DNA of 32,000 nt from Ignicoccus pacificus DSM 13166 (lineage in GTDB: Archaea > Thermoproteota > Thermoprotei_A > Sulfolobales > Ignicoccaceae), in assembly GCA_025340205.1 (NCBI GenBank), contig CP006868.1:1440001-1472000 (forward strand), read 5' to 3'. How positions within the stretch are numbered: the first letter of the stretch is position 1; each line of letters starts with the position of its first letter. Position numbers and translations under genes: made by a program. The notes below the pieces were generated by a model. The model was not told the DNA's origin. It saw only the letters and a list, made by a program, of their open reading frames with translations, and searched no databases. Below, piece by piece: positions 1 to 8,127 of this stretch.

Positions 1-301
1 GTCTTACGCCGTGCATCCTCATCATTTCGAGAGCCTTCAACACGCTGGTCTCCGGTGCTACAGCGTAGACCTCCTCGCTCATTATTGTGCTTACTGGAGC
101 GTCTAGGTCAGCCCCCTCAGCTATTGCCCTTACCAAGTCCCTCTCGGTCACGATCCCCACTATCTCGCCGTCCTTTACGACCACTAGGCTCCCTATTCCT
201 AGCTCGTTCATCTTCTTTGCTGCCTCCCTTATGCTGGCGTCGGCGTCTATCACTGCTACGGGAGTGCTCATGACTTCGCGGACGGCTATTCCTCTTACCA
301 T
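1..301 (-). CDS. CBS-domain protein (N-terminal part; C-terminus lies outside the window)
   Basis: Absent from the ORF track because it runs off the window edge. Reverse-strand translation from the ATG (complement of 299-301) reads MVRGIAVREVMSTPVAVIDADASIREAAKKMNELGIGSLVVVKDGEIVGIVTERDLVRAIAEGADLDAPVSTIMSEEVYAVAPETSVLKALEMMRMHGVR. This is a typical CBS-pair pattern (VxxVM..., GxLVGIVTxxDL). Confidence 0.8.
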   Translation of the reverse strand, partial: MVRGIAVREVMSTPVAVIDADASIREAAKKMNELGIGSLVVVKDGEIVGIVTERDLVRAIAEGADLDAPVSTIMSEEVYAVAPETSVLKALEMMRMHGVR

Positions 302-369
302 TTTACCACCGTTACTCCTTCCACGCCCTACCCTTTATGCGGTAGCCCCGCCCTTCTCGGGGGAGGTCC

Positions 370-831
370 TTGATACCTCTCAAGGAACTCAGGAGGGCAT
401 TGGAAGAGCTCGGTGCCGATGGAATAACGGCCTTTGAGGCGGCTGAAGAGAGTGTGACTTACGGTACCAACTGCTTCGAGATAGTTCTGTCAGAAAGGCC
501 TTACGCAGGAATAAGATTCCAATACGATCAATATAGTGAGAGCGTTAGGCCGCTGATATTGAGAATACATATAAAGAAAAAGGAATTTAACGTCCCAAAG
601 GAGCTCGTAGAGAGTCTGCTGCCAGCGCTCGTCTCCGCTGAGGAGGACGAAGAGTGGATGAGCATAGCGCTAAGACTGCCCAAGGAAGACGATCCCAGGA
701 AGTTGATTGAGAGTGCTATGGAGGTAGTGAAGACGTTCAACTTGAGGATAGGAGGTTCTGAAAGCAAGATCTACGGATACGTACCAGTCGATTGTGGCCC
801 TTATCTAGAGTACGCTCTTAAGAACCAATAA
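370..831 (+). CDS. hypothetical acidic protein, 153 aa
   Basis: ORF with a TTG start, preceded by GGGGAGGT (361-368, SD-like). No motif recognised. Its 3' end overlaps the convergent tsaC-like gene by 27 nt. Confidence 0.5.
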   Translation: MIPLKELRRALEELGADGITAFEAAEESVTYGTNCFEIVLSERPYAGIRFQYDQYSESVRPLILRIHIKKKEFNVPKELVESLLPALVSAEEDEEWMSIALRLPKEDDPRKLIESAMEVVKTFNLRIGGSESKIYGYVPVDCGPYLEYALKNQ

Positions 832-1428
832 TATTTCCTTCAAGCTTATGGGTCCTTCCCTAAGCACCTTTATCTCTTTCCCAGTCAGGTCTATTACCGT
901 ACTCGCTTGTCCGAGCTCGCAAGGCCCAGCGTCTATCGCTAAGTCCGCCTCCACGGTAACTTCCTCTATCCTCTTTGGACTCCTTCCCCCGCTTATGTTC
1001 GCAGAGGTGACGGCTAACGGACCCACTTCCTTCAGGAGCCTCAAGGTAAAGGGGTGCGCTGGAACCCTAAGGCCGACCTTTCCCGTTCCGGCCGTGACGA
1101 ACTCCGGCACCGTAGGCTTCGCCTTTAGTACCATAGTCAACGGTCCTGGCCAGAACCTCTTTGCTAATGCCTTAGCCCTTTCGTCGAGGTATGCCACTTT
1201 CTCCAAGTCTTCTAGGGATGCTTGAACGGGCAACGGCTTGCTCTTAGGCCTTTTCTTTATTTCATAGATCTTCCAAGCGTGTTCGAGCTTCGAGGCTATG
1301 CCGTAGACCGTCTCTGTGGGAACTATTACCAATCCTCCTCTCTCCAAGACCTCCTTAGCTTCCCTCAGCGCTTCCTCTAGACCCACCTCGCTGAGCTTGA
1401 GAACCCTCAACCTTCCTCCCTCCGCCAC
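805..1428 (-). CDS. tsaC: L-threonylcarbamoyladenylate synthase, YrdC/TsaC-type (Sua5/YciO/YrdC domain only)
   Basis: Family motifs: GGLVIVPTETVYGI, KKRPKSKPLPV, GLRVPAHPFTLRLLKEVGPLAVTSANISGG. The 207-aa length fits a YrdC-only protein. The start is ambiguous: GTG at 1428, or in-frame TTG at 1410 or GTG at 1386. Confidence 0.85.
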   Translation of the reverse strand: MAEGGRLRVLKLSEVGLEEALREAKEVLERGGLVIVPTETVYGIASKLEHAWKIYEIKKRPKSKPLPVQASLEDLEKVAYLDERAKALAKRFWPGPLTMVLKAKPTVPEFVTAGTGKVGLRVPAHPFTLRLLKEVGPLAVTSANISGGRSPKRIEEVTVEADLAIDAGPCELGQASTVIDLTGKEIKVLREGPISLKEILLVLKSVL

Positions 1429-1942
1429 TGCCTCGGAGGAACTCGAAAACTATGAAGCCTACCAAGAAGCCCCCAACGACATCCAAGGGGTAGTGCATGC
1501 ACAGCTCTATCCTAGACCAGCCTACCAGAAACGCATAGATCAAAGCCGGGATCCTAAGTTGGGGGTACAAGTAACCTATCCAGAGAGCGACCCACATGGC
1601 CCTAGCAGAGTGACCCGAGGGGTATCCTAAGCCCTCTATATCACATAGACTAGCTGGGACGCCTATGGGCCTGGGACTCTGGAACACGCACTTGAGAGCC
1701 GCCACTGCTACGTTAAGCGCTATAGCGGAAAGCACTACTTCCTTCCAGTTAATTCCCTTCCTTGTTGCCAAGTATGCTATAACAACTACCCATATGATAA
1801 AGGAGGTTAGCTTCTGCGTATAAGATATCCAATACGCTACCTCCTTAAGTCCCTCTACGCTGAAACAAGGTATCCTGGTAGCGAAAGGTCCAAGGATCAC
1901 CAAGAGTACTAGAGCCGCTATCAGCGCTACCCTCGACCTCAC
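1355..1942 (-). CDS. PAP2-superfamily membrane phosphatase
   Basis: The three PAP2 signature blocks are present: KCVFQSPRP, PSGHS, SRIELCMHYPLDV. Several hydrophobic helices. GTG start. The Gly/Ser/Arg-rich C-terminal tail overlaps the tsaC 5' end. Confidence 0.8.
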   Translation of the reverse strand: MRSRVALIAALVLLVILGPFATRIPCFSVEGLKEVAYWISYTQKLTSFIIWVVVIAYLATRKGINWKEVVLSAIALNVAVAALKCVFQSPRPIGVPASLCDIEGLGYPSGHSARAMWVALWIGYLYPQLRIPALIYAFLVGWSRIELCMHYPLDVVGGFLVGFIVFEFLRGSGGGRKVEGSQAQRGGSRGSAEGS

Positions 1943-2001
1943 CTCGGGTCTCCAAGCCTTCCCATGCTACGTGAGGCGTTTAATCGTATACCCATTCTCT
2001 A

Positions 2002-4602
2002 TCAGATCTTAGTGTTTCTTCTATAGAGCTTAAGGAATGTCTTTTTCACGGCGTCATTGAATAGGAACCACACGAAGGCGTAACCCCATATGAAGGCTGC
2101 CCAACCCCATCCCATAGGAGTCATCAAGCCTAAGCCGTATACGCCCACAACCGTTCCCAAGAAGCTGGTTCCTTGGGTAGCGAAGTAGAGAGCTCTGGAG
2201 GGCCAGGGTTTCTTCCAGAACCAATCTTTTGTTCTAGTGTTAAATATGGTAAAATGCCCAGCTACTATGAGTTTCGTAAACATTATTGTTTGTATCAAAT
2301 CCTTCGGTAACATCCAGTATGTCATCAAGAGGTAGAAGAGAGTGAACGAGGAGAGGACTCCGGCCGTTCCGAGCCAGAAGGAGAGCATCTCGAGCTCTCC
2401 GTAGATCCATCTGACCGGTCTTTGGGGTATCTCAACGTTGTCGTAAGCTATGGTAAGTATCGGTATATCGTTAAGGAGTGCCAAAAGTATGATCATTATT
2501 GTGGTTATCGGGTAGAACTGGAAGATAAGTATCGACAAGGTCATGAAGAACAGAACCCTTATGGTCTCAGCTATCCTATAGATGGCATAGGATTCCATCC
2601 TCTTAAATATTTGTCTAGCTACCTTGAAGCCATCTATTATCACCCTCAATCCTGGAGTGAGGAGCACCATGTCGGCAGCAGCTCTAGCGGCGTCGGTGGC
2701 GTTGGAAACGGCTATTCCACAATCAGCCTTCTTCAAGGCTGGCGCATCGTTTACGCCATCGCCCGTCATTCCAACTATATGACCTCTTTCTTGAATCTTC
2801 TCAACAATAAGGTACTTGTCTTCGGGAAAGACTTCAGCAAACCCGTTCGCCTCCTCTATTATCCTAGCTATCTCATCCTCATGAGCCCTAACTATTCCCG
2901 GAAGGAGGGGTCTACCTTCAAGCTCCTTCTTAACCATCTCGGCTATTTCCTTGGCTTTCCTCTCAGCTTCTGCGGGACTCAGTCCCTCCGCTACTCTCAA
3001 TAACGCCTTAGCTATTACCTCTGCTAGAATCACGTACTCCTCTTCTCCTCTCTTTATCTCTCTCATGCTTATTATTTTATCCCCAATACCCAATATCTTA
3101 GCTATATACTTCGCTATAGCCACGTTGTCTCCGGTAACCATCTTCACCTCTACGCCGAACTTCTTAGCATCTTCAATGGCCTCCTTCGAGTCAGGCCTAG
3201 GAGGGTCGAAGAGAGGGATTAGACCTACTAGGTGGAGTTCCTCTTCCAAGAGCTCTTTCATGGCAACAGCTAACGTCCTAAAGCCGTTCTGAGCGAACTC
3301 CTCTACCTTCTTAAGCACTTCCTCTTCATCTATCTCCTCCTTGTTTACCATATCGATTATTACCTGTGGCGCTCCTTTAGTAACGAACATCTTCTTTCCT
3401 TTACATTTGACTATGGCCTCCGTGCGCTTCCTAACGGGATCGAAGGGTACGAACTTTAGCTGTTTACATTCTTTGAGCTCGTTGTAGAGCCCCCTCTTCT
3501 TGAGCCACTCGAAGATGGGTATCTCTATAGGATCTCTGTTCTCTTCCTTTGAGGCCAGAGCAGCGAAGAGCATCAAGTCCTCGACCTTATACCCCTTAAC
3601 TACGTAGGGATCAGCTATCGTCATCTTGTTCATCGTTAGGGTACCCGTCTTGTCAGAGCAGAGCACGTCAACGCCCGCTAACTCTTCAATTGAAGAGAGC
3701 TTGCTCACTATTACCTTCTTCTTAGCAAGGTAAAGGGCTCCAACGGCCATAGTTATGGTTAGTACCGCGGGAAGGGCGACTGGTATAGCCGCTACCGTCA
3801 AGACTAGAGAGAACTCTAAGAGCTCGAAGGGGTTAGCTCCTCTGCTCAGTTCGACCGCTACCATTATGCCTATTAGAATTATAGTAAGCATAATGAGGAA
3901 GTTACCTATTTTTATTACCATCTGTTGGAAATGGCTCCTCTCCTCCCTCTCTGCCCTTGCCACGAGCTGGACCGTTTTACCGAAGTATGTTTTCAATCCA
4001 GTGGCTATTACTATCCCTATCATCTCCCCTTTCTTTACAATTGAATTAGCATAGGCTACGTCCCCAGGCTTCTTGGTAACGGGAAGGGATTCGCCGGTTA
4101 AGGCGGATTGATCGACGAGTATGTATTCTCCTCCGTGATCGAGCTTGACGTCCGCTGGTACTATGTCCCCTATCTTCAGCTTTATTACGTCTCCAGGAAC
4201 CAAGAACCTAGCGTCTACGAGCTTCCACTTCCCGTCCCTCAACACCAGAGCCTTTCTAGCGAGCTTTTCCTTGAGAACCTTCAACGCCGAAAGCGCCTTG
4301 TGTTCTTGCCAGAAGTCAACGCCGGCGTTAACAAACAGCATTACCATAATTATAGTGAAGTCTTCCCATCTGCCGACTAACGCCGAAAGGATGGCAGCTG
4401 CTTCTATCATCCAAGGTATGGGACCCCAGAACCTCCTGGCTATCCTGTGCCAGAGCGGCTCCTCCTTCTCCGGGATCTCGTTGTAGCCGTATTCCTTGAG
4501 CCTTCTCTGAGCCTCCTCTTCGCTCAGACCCCTCTCCAGAGACGTTCCTAACTCCTCGGTCACTTCCTCTATACTCATGCTGGCATACTTTTCGACGCTC
4601 AC
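2002..4602 (-). CDS. P-type ATPase, plasma-membrane proton-pump type (P3A)
   Basis: 866 aa. Phosphorylation site CSDKTGTLT, TGES motif (LTGESLPV), hinge MTGDGVNDAPALKKADCGIAV. The N-terminus GLSEEEAQRRLKEYGYNEIPEKEE...FWGPIPWMIEAAAILS...WEDF...QEHKA...LVLRDGKW matches plant/fungal H+-ATPases. ALLNDIPILTIAYDNV matches the TM6 segment that carries the proton-acceptor Asp. GTG start at 4602, with an alternative ATG at 4578. Confidence 0.9.
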   Translation of the reverse strand: MSVEKYASMSIEEVTEELGTSLERGLSEEEAQRRLKEYGYNEIPEKEEPLWHRIARRFWGPIPWMIEAAAILSALVGRWEDFTIIMVMLFVNAGVDFWQEHKALSALKVLKEKLARKALVLRDGKWKLVDARFLVPGDVIKLKIGDIVPADVKLDHGGEYILVDQSALTGESLPVTKKPGDVAYANSIVKKGEMIGIVIATGLKTYFGKTVQLVARAEREERSHFQQMVIKIGNFLIMLTIILIGIMVAVELSRGANPFELLEFSLVLTVAAIPVALPAVLTITMAVGALYLAKKKVIVSKLSSIEELAGVDVLCSDKTGTLTMNKMTIADPYVVKGYKVEDLMLFAALASKEENRDPIEIPIFEWLKKRGLYNELKECKQLKFVPFDPVRKRTEAIVKCKGKKMFVTKGAPQVIIDMVNKEEIDEEEVLKKVEEFAQNGFRTLAVAMKELLEEELHLVGLIPLFDPPRPDSKEAIEDAKKFGVEVKMVTGDNVAIAKYIAKILGIGDKIISMREIKRGEEEYVILAEVIAKALLRVAEGLSPAEAERKAKEIAEMVKKELEGRPLLPGIVRAHEDEIARIIEEANGFAEVFPEDKYLIVEKIQERGHIVGMTGDGVNDAPALKKADCGIAVSNATDAARAAADMVLLTPGLRVIIDGFKVARQIFKRMESYAIYRIAETIRVLFFMTLSILIFQFYPITTIMIILLALLNDIPILTIAYDNVEIPQRPVRWIYGELEMLSFWLGTAGVLSSFTLFYLLMTYWMLPKDLIQTIMFTKLIVAGHFTIFNTRTKDWFWKKPWPSRALYFATQGTSFLGTVVGVYGLGLMTPMGWGWAAFIWGYAFVWFLFNDAVKKTFLKLYRRNTKI

Positions 4603-4721
4603 CCTTCTCGCCTCTCTTCCTTGAATATTATAGTTCCTACTATCACAAGCCCTACTAGTACCCCTATCCCTATCGTCTCAAATATAAGGAAAAGGACGTC
4701 GTGCGGTGTCACGGACATCAT
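4599..4721 (-). CDS. unannotated micro-ORF: 40-aa single-pass membrane peptide directly upstream of the H+-ATPase
   Basis: Hand translation gives MMSVTPHDVLFLIFETIGIGVLVGLVIVGTIIFKEERREG*. It has a hydrophobic core of about 24 residues and a charged KEERRE tail. Its TGA stop (4599-4601) overlaps the ATPase GTG start (4600-4602) as GTGA. A TATA-like TTTTTAGA lies about 21 nt upstream. It falls below the ORF-track size cut-off. Confidence 0.45.
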   Translation of the reverse strand: MMSVTPHDVLFLIFETIGIGVLVGLVIVGTIIFKEERREG

Positions 4722-4742
4722 AAGTTTCACATCTTATTCTTC

Positions 4743-4750
4743 TCTAAAAA
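4743..4750 (-). promoter_or_regulatory. TATA-like box (TTTTTAGA on the minus strand) for the micro-ORF/ATPase unit
   Basis: An AT-rich octamer sits about 21 nt upstream of the micro-ORF ATG. This spacing fits a leaderless or near-leaderless archaeal transcript. Confidence 0.3.
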
Positions 4751-4873
4751 TTGCTTGTAATAGATGGTAAGCTTAAGCGCTTTACTTCTGATCAAGGGAT
4801 AAAGGTTAGATATCTTACCTTTTTCTTCGCATTGCTAATAAATCCAACTAACCAAATTCACAGCTTCACTATT

Positions 4874-5635
4874 CTATTCTGAAACGCCCTCGAAGAGGAC
4901 TTTCCATGATATCTCCTTTCTCGGTCCCACCCCTACTATCACATCCCTTACGCCGTATTCGAACGCTTTCTTCCTATTGATCTTATTGAAGAAGAGATGA
5001 ACCAAAGCCTCTACGTCAGAGGTGCTCCAGAGCTTCGCCTCCAGATCCCCTACGTAGCTTATCTCGGGTAATTTGTAAATATGCTTCTTTATCATACCCC
5101 TTTCCTTATCATACTCATAGAAGAGCGTGAGAAGGTCCTTCTCTCCGCCCTCTACCATCATCTTTTGAAACCCTTCTCTAATCAATCTCTCCATCAAGTC
5201 CGTCTGTTCTATCACTATTACTCCTTCCTCATTCAACACCTCCCGCGCACCAGCAATGAAGAGGATTAGCGACTTGGGATCTAGGTGAGGTATCGAGGAG
5301 CCCCAGCAGACTATCACATCGAACTTCTCCTTAAATATTTTCGGCAATAACCTCACATCCCCTACGACTGTTCTAACGTTTCTTTGGGTGAACTCCTTAA
5401 CCTTATAGAACTCATCGTCTCTTAGGTCTAACAACGTCAGTTCTCCTCGGCCCAGGGCCTCCACTAGAGCCGCTCCCGCTATCCCACTCCCAGCCATGAC
5501 GTCCAGAACCTTCGGATTCTCACTTTTGATTAATTGGACTACTTCCTTTTCCATAAACTCCTTTATCATATCAAACCTTTCCTTGGTGGCAGGCCATTTC
5601 CAGTGACTGTAAAACTCGGAAAGGTTCAAGGTCAA
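4874..5635 (-). CDS. class I SAM-dependent methyltransferase (substrate unknown)
   Basis: Motif I VLDVMAGSGIAGAAL, acidic loop LLDLRD, and motif IV-like FDVIVCWG. There is no (D/N)PPY motif, so it does not look like a DNA N6/N4 methyltransferase. Confidence 0.75.
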   Translation of the reverse strand: MTLNLSEFYSHWKWPATKERFDMIKEFMEKEVVQLIKSENPKVLDVMAGSGIAGAALVEALGRGELTLLDLRDDEFYKVKEFTQRNVRTVVGDVRLLPKIFKEKFDVIVCWGSSIPHLDPKSLILFIAGAREVLNEEGVIVIEQTDLMERLIREGFQKMMVEGGEKDLLTLFYEYDKERGMIKKHIYKLPEISYVGDLEAKLWSTSDVEALVHLFFNKINRKKAFEYGVRDVIVGVGPRKEISWKVLFEGVSE

Positions 5636-5701
5636 ATTCCAATTATAAGAGTTCTCAATAGCCTATAAATATCGACTTTATCATCACCATTAGTAGGTAC
5701 T

Positions 5702-7000
5702 ATGCCACTTCACATCCTTAAAAAGCTCCTTTATACCAGTCATTTGAACGAAGAAGAGAAGAAGTACATAGAGCAAGCATCGAGTATTCTTGTGAAGAAG
5801 TTCGAGGAAAATCCAAGACTAATAATTAACGAGGAGATGTTCGATCTCCTTTATCCGGATCTGAGGAAAAGGCTAAGGCCTAGCAGGGGATGGTGGAACC
5901 CTCTCGTCTCCCCCTACAGCGCTTTACACTTCTACGACCAACTAATCCTCGTCTTGAGCGCCTATGACGAAGAAGAGCTTAAGGAACAGTATGGCATAGG
6001 ACTTGAGGAGCTAAGGGAGCTCATAGAGGATGGAATGGCTGTTGTAATACTAGCATCCCTTCCCGAGCGCTATAATAGAAGGCTCTTGGATACGATATTT
6101 GAAGCACAAGGAACGTTACCAACCATATTGAGGGTTACCTCATCTCTAAAGGCCTTTTGCTCAGGAATATATAAAATGGAGCTCTGTAATCCTGAGGAAA
6201 TTTCTAGCAACTTCAAAGGCCTTGACGCTGATGACGTCCTTGATGTTACTGAGAGGATAAGTGACTTAGCAGCCTTTGGTTATACTGAAATCGCTCAGAT
6301 ACTTCTCAATGCTAAAGACATCAAGAACTACGTTCCGCTAGTTAGAACCGTTCATCACATGCTTGTCGAACCGGTAACTGACTCCTTAGCAACCCTAGCG
6401 CTTTACGGCGAGAACGAAGCAGAGTTCTTGAGGGCCCTTTTCGAAAGAGCTTCTTCCCCGCAAGGAGGCAGCGTCGACTTGCTAGTCTCCATCATGGCTA
6501 ACTACTTCCGATCTTTAGGAGCAGAGGCTAAGCTCTGGGTCCCTAAGAGCATAAAGTTGAGCGTGCTGAGGAAGTTAGCTGATGATAAGGACTTAGAGGG
6601 CGCGAGGGAGCACATGATAGCGCTGAGGAACAGGCTGAGGAGAGCGGTCGTCAGAAACGACCCCGACCAAGTGGAAGAGGCAAAGGAGATAGCAAGAGAA
6701 GCTGCACAAATAGCCATGGATGTCAATAGAAGGATAGAAAGCCGTATAGGCATTTCAAGCAAGCTCAAGACGGCTCTAGGCCTATTAGCACAACTTCCCT
6801 TCTCCATGATGCCAACTGATGAGAAAGGTATGATTATCAACGCAGCGTTGAGTGCCCTATTACCGCCACTCGTAGGTAAACTCTCAGATAAGGTGCTCGA
6901 TAAACGCTTGAGGAAGCTGGACGAAAAGCTTGTACTACGAGAGGAGAGGGTCAGAGTAGTCTCATTGGTACCGATATTACTCAACGAAAAGGCCTCCTAG
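5702..7000 (+). CDS. hypothetical protein, 432 aa, predicted all-helical
   Basis: Long ORF with an ATG start and a TATA-like CCTATAAATA about 35 nt upstream. No catalytic or nucleotide-binding motif recognised. The C-terminal third is Arg/Glu/Lys-rich and helical, followed by a hydrophobic stretch (LGLLAQLPFSMM...AALSALLPPLVG). Confidence 0.6.
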   Translation: MPLHILKKLLYTSHLNEEEKKYIEQASSILVKKFEENPRLIINEEMFDLLYPDLRKRLRPSRGWWNPLVSPYSALHFYDQLILVLSAYDEEELKEQYGIGLEELRELIEDGMAVVILASLPERYNRRLLDTIFEAQGTLPTILRVTSSLKAFCSGIYKMELCNPEEISSNFKGLDADDVLDVTERISDLAAFGYTEIAQILLNAKDIKNYVPLVRTVHHMLVEPVTDSLATLALYGENEAEFLRALFERASSPQGGSVDLLVSIMANYFRSLGAEAKLWVPKSIKLSVLRKLADDKDLEGAREHMIALRNRLRRAVVRNDPDQVEEAKEIAREAAQIAMDVNRRIESRIGISSKLKTALGLLAQLPFSMMPTDEKGMIINAALSALLPPLVGKLSDKVLDKRLRKLDEKLVLREERVRVVSLVPILLNEKAS

Positions 7001-7117
7001 TGTTACTCTATGCCCCGAGCGAGCGCGTGGCGGCGACTGCGGGGTTATGTAAGATTCATGGAAGAATAGCGAAAAATTCTTTGATGGGACTATCCTCTGA
7101 AGGACTTCTTTACCTAT

Positions 7118-7705
7118 CTACAAGATTACTTGTTCAAGGTCCAGATAGTACTTATACTTTTCCACCCAACGCTTCCTCACAACACAGTAATTGGAGTTCT
7201 TCGCTGACTCCTTGAAGTCGCTGATAATGTAGAGCACTATTGCCTCCTCCCAGTCTACTTCTTGGGGAATATCCTCTTTATCTAGCACGACCGTTGCCCA
7301 GACGTTTGCGAACGCTTTTACTGTTCCATACCAGAACGACAGTTGGCTTAACCAGAAGTCCAGATCCCGCTTGTTGTCCTCGAACGTACTACGTTTCCCT
7401 AAGTTCTTGAAGAAACCTTTTCTTCTCTCATACATATACCTCAGAGTAGATTCTTTGGGTAAGTATCTCCAGAAAATCCTCCTCTTGAGACCACAAGCCG
7501 CAACGATGTAATTTACAAAGTCATCGTAGAAGATGTCTGCGTAGCTTACCTTAAAGCTGTTATGGTGTGCCCTATACACTATCTCCATAAATAAGTCGTC
7601 GTAAATTCTTAAGACCTTATCAAGGAGCTCGCTCATTACCTTCTTATTCACGATGTTCCGAAGAAACCATTCGGGATATCTCAGCGGCGGTGGTCCCAAC
7701 ATCAA
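7118..7705 (-). CDS. hypothetical protein, 195 aa, rich in aromatic residues
   Basis: ORF with TTG-ATG tandem start candidates (7705/7702), immediately preceded by GAGGTGA (SD-like). No family recognised. Convergent with 5702-7000. Confidence 0.55.
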   Translation of the reverse strand: MMLGPPPLRYPEWFLRNIVNKKVMSELLDKVLRIYDDLFMEIVYRAHHNSFKVSYADIFYDDFVNYIVAACGLKRRIFWRYLPKESTLRYMYERRKGFFKNLGKRSTFEDNKRDLDFWLSQLSFWYGTVKAFANVWATVVLDKEDIPQEVDWEEAIVLYIISDFKESAKNSNYCVVRKRWVEKYKYYLDLEQVIL

Positions 7706-7808
7706 TCACCTCTGAGAAATGTACAGAAATGCATGAACGGCTTAGGTCCCCACAATTATATTTCGAATTTTAGTCATAAAGTGCCCGATGTGTCAAGACG
7801 TATTAATT

Positions 7809-7842
7809 TAGGATTCTGACTAAACATAGGATTCGACTAACA
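7809..7842. repeat. imperfect tandem direct repeat TAGGATTCTGACTAAACA / TAGGATTC-GACTAACA
   Basis: Read directly at 7809-7826 and 7827-7842. The copies are identical apart from two single-base deletions. Intergenic, between the tRNA-Gly 3' end and the start of the 195-aa ORF. Confidence 0.7.
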
Positions 7843-7985
7843 TCCTCGATTGAACTTCGCCGATGTGCTTCACGTAGCTCGAAGGATGCACGTAGGGAAC
7901 CCCGCGTCTTCTTAATTTTGAGCATTAGATTGCTGAGGTGTAGCTCCTTGGATTGATTGTTGTGAGGATTACCAGAAGTGGGGAG

Positions 7986-8064
7986 TGGTGCGGCGGCCGG
8001 GATTTGAACCCGGGATCACCGGCTTGGAAGGCCGGCATCCTAGTCCAGGCTAGACGACCGCCGC
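7986..8064 (-). tRNA. tRNA-Gly (anticodon UCC), CCA encoded in the genome
   Basis: Minus-strand cloverleaf folded by hand. Acceptor GCGGCGG/CCGCCGC, D stem GTCT/GGAT, anticodon stem CCGGC/GCCGG with loop CTTCCAA (anticodon TCC). Variable loop TGATC, T arm CCGGG-TTCAAAT-CCCGG, discriminator A, then CCA. Confidence 0.9.
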
Positions 8065-8127
8065 CCTCTCTTCTTCCCCGCACCCTCCCCGTGCCTGGGT
8101 TATGAAAAGAGCTTATTAATTTTCACT

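Noticed and set aside
55-437. Track ORFs 55-273 (+) and 87-437 (+), with Pro/Ser/Leu/Arg-rich translations
   Set aside because: They lie opposite the well-supported CBS-domain gene (1-301, minus strand) and have the low-complexity composition of antisense shadow frames.
1355-1428. 74-nt same-strand overlap between the PAP2 phosphatase 3' end and the tsaC 5' end
   Set aside because: Probably start-codon ambiguity. In-frame TTG 1410 or GTG 1386 would shorten it to 56 or 32 nt. The PAP2 tail is a low-complexity read-through. I see no evidence of frameshifting or fusion.
2422-4486. Several 90-190-aa + strand ORFs inside the P-type ATPase gene (2422-3003, 2951-3292, 3755-4054, 4108-4380, 4145-4486)
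   Set aside because: All are antisense to an unambiguous 866-aa conserved gene. They have no motifs and no independent start signals.
7013-7045. GC-rich island CCCCGAGCGAGCGCGTGGCGGCGACTGCGGGG, partly resembling the tRNA-Gly acceptor/3' end (GTGG-CGGCG...CGGG). Considered as a possible att remnant bracketing the 195-aa gene.
   Set aside because: The similarity needs two gaps and several mismatches over about 20 nt of GC-rich, low-information sequence. No T-arm or anticodon-arm sequence is duplicated, and there is no integrase. It may simply be a weak hairpin between convergent genes.
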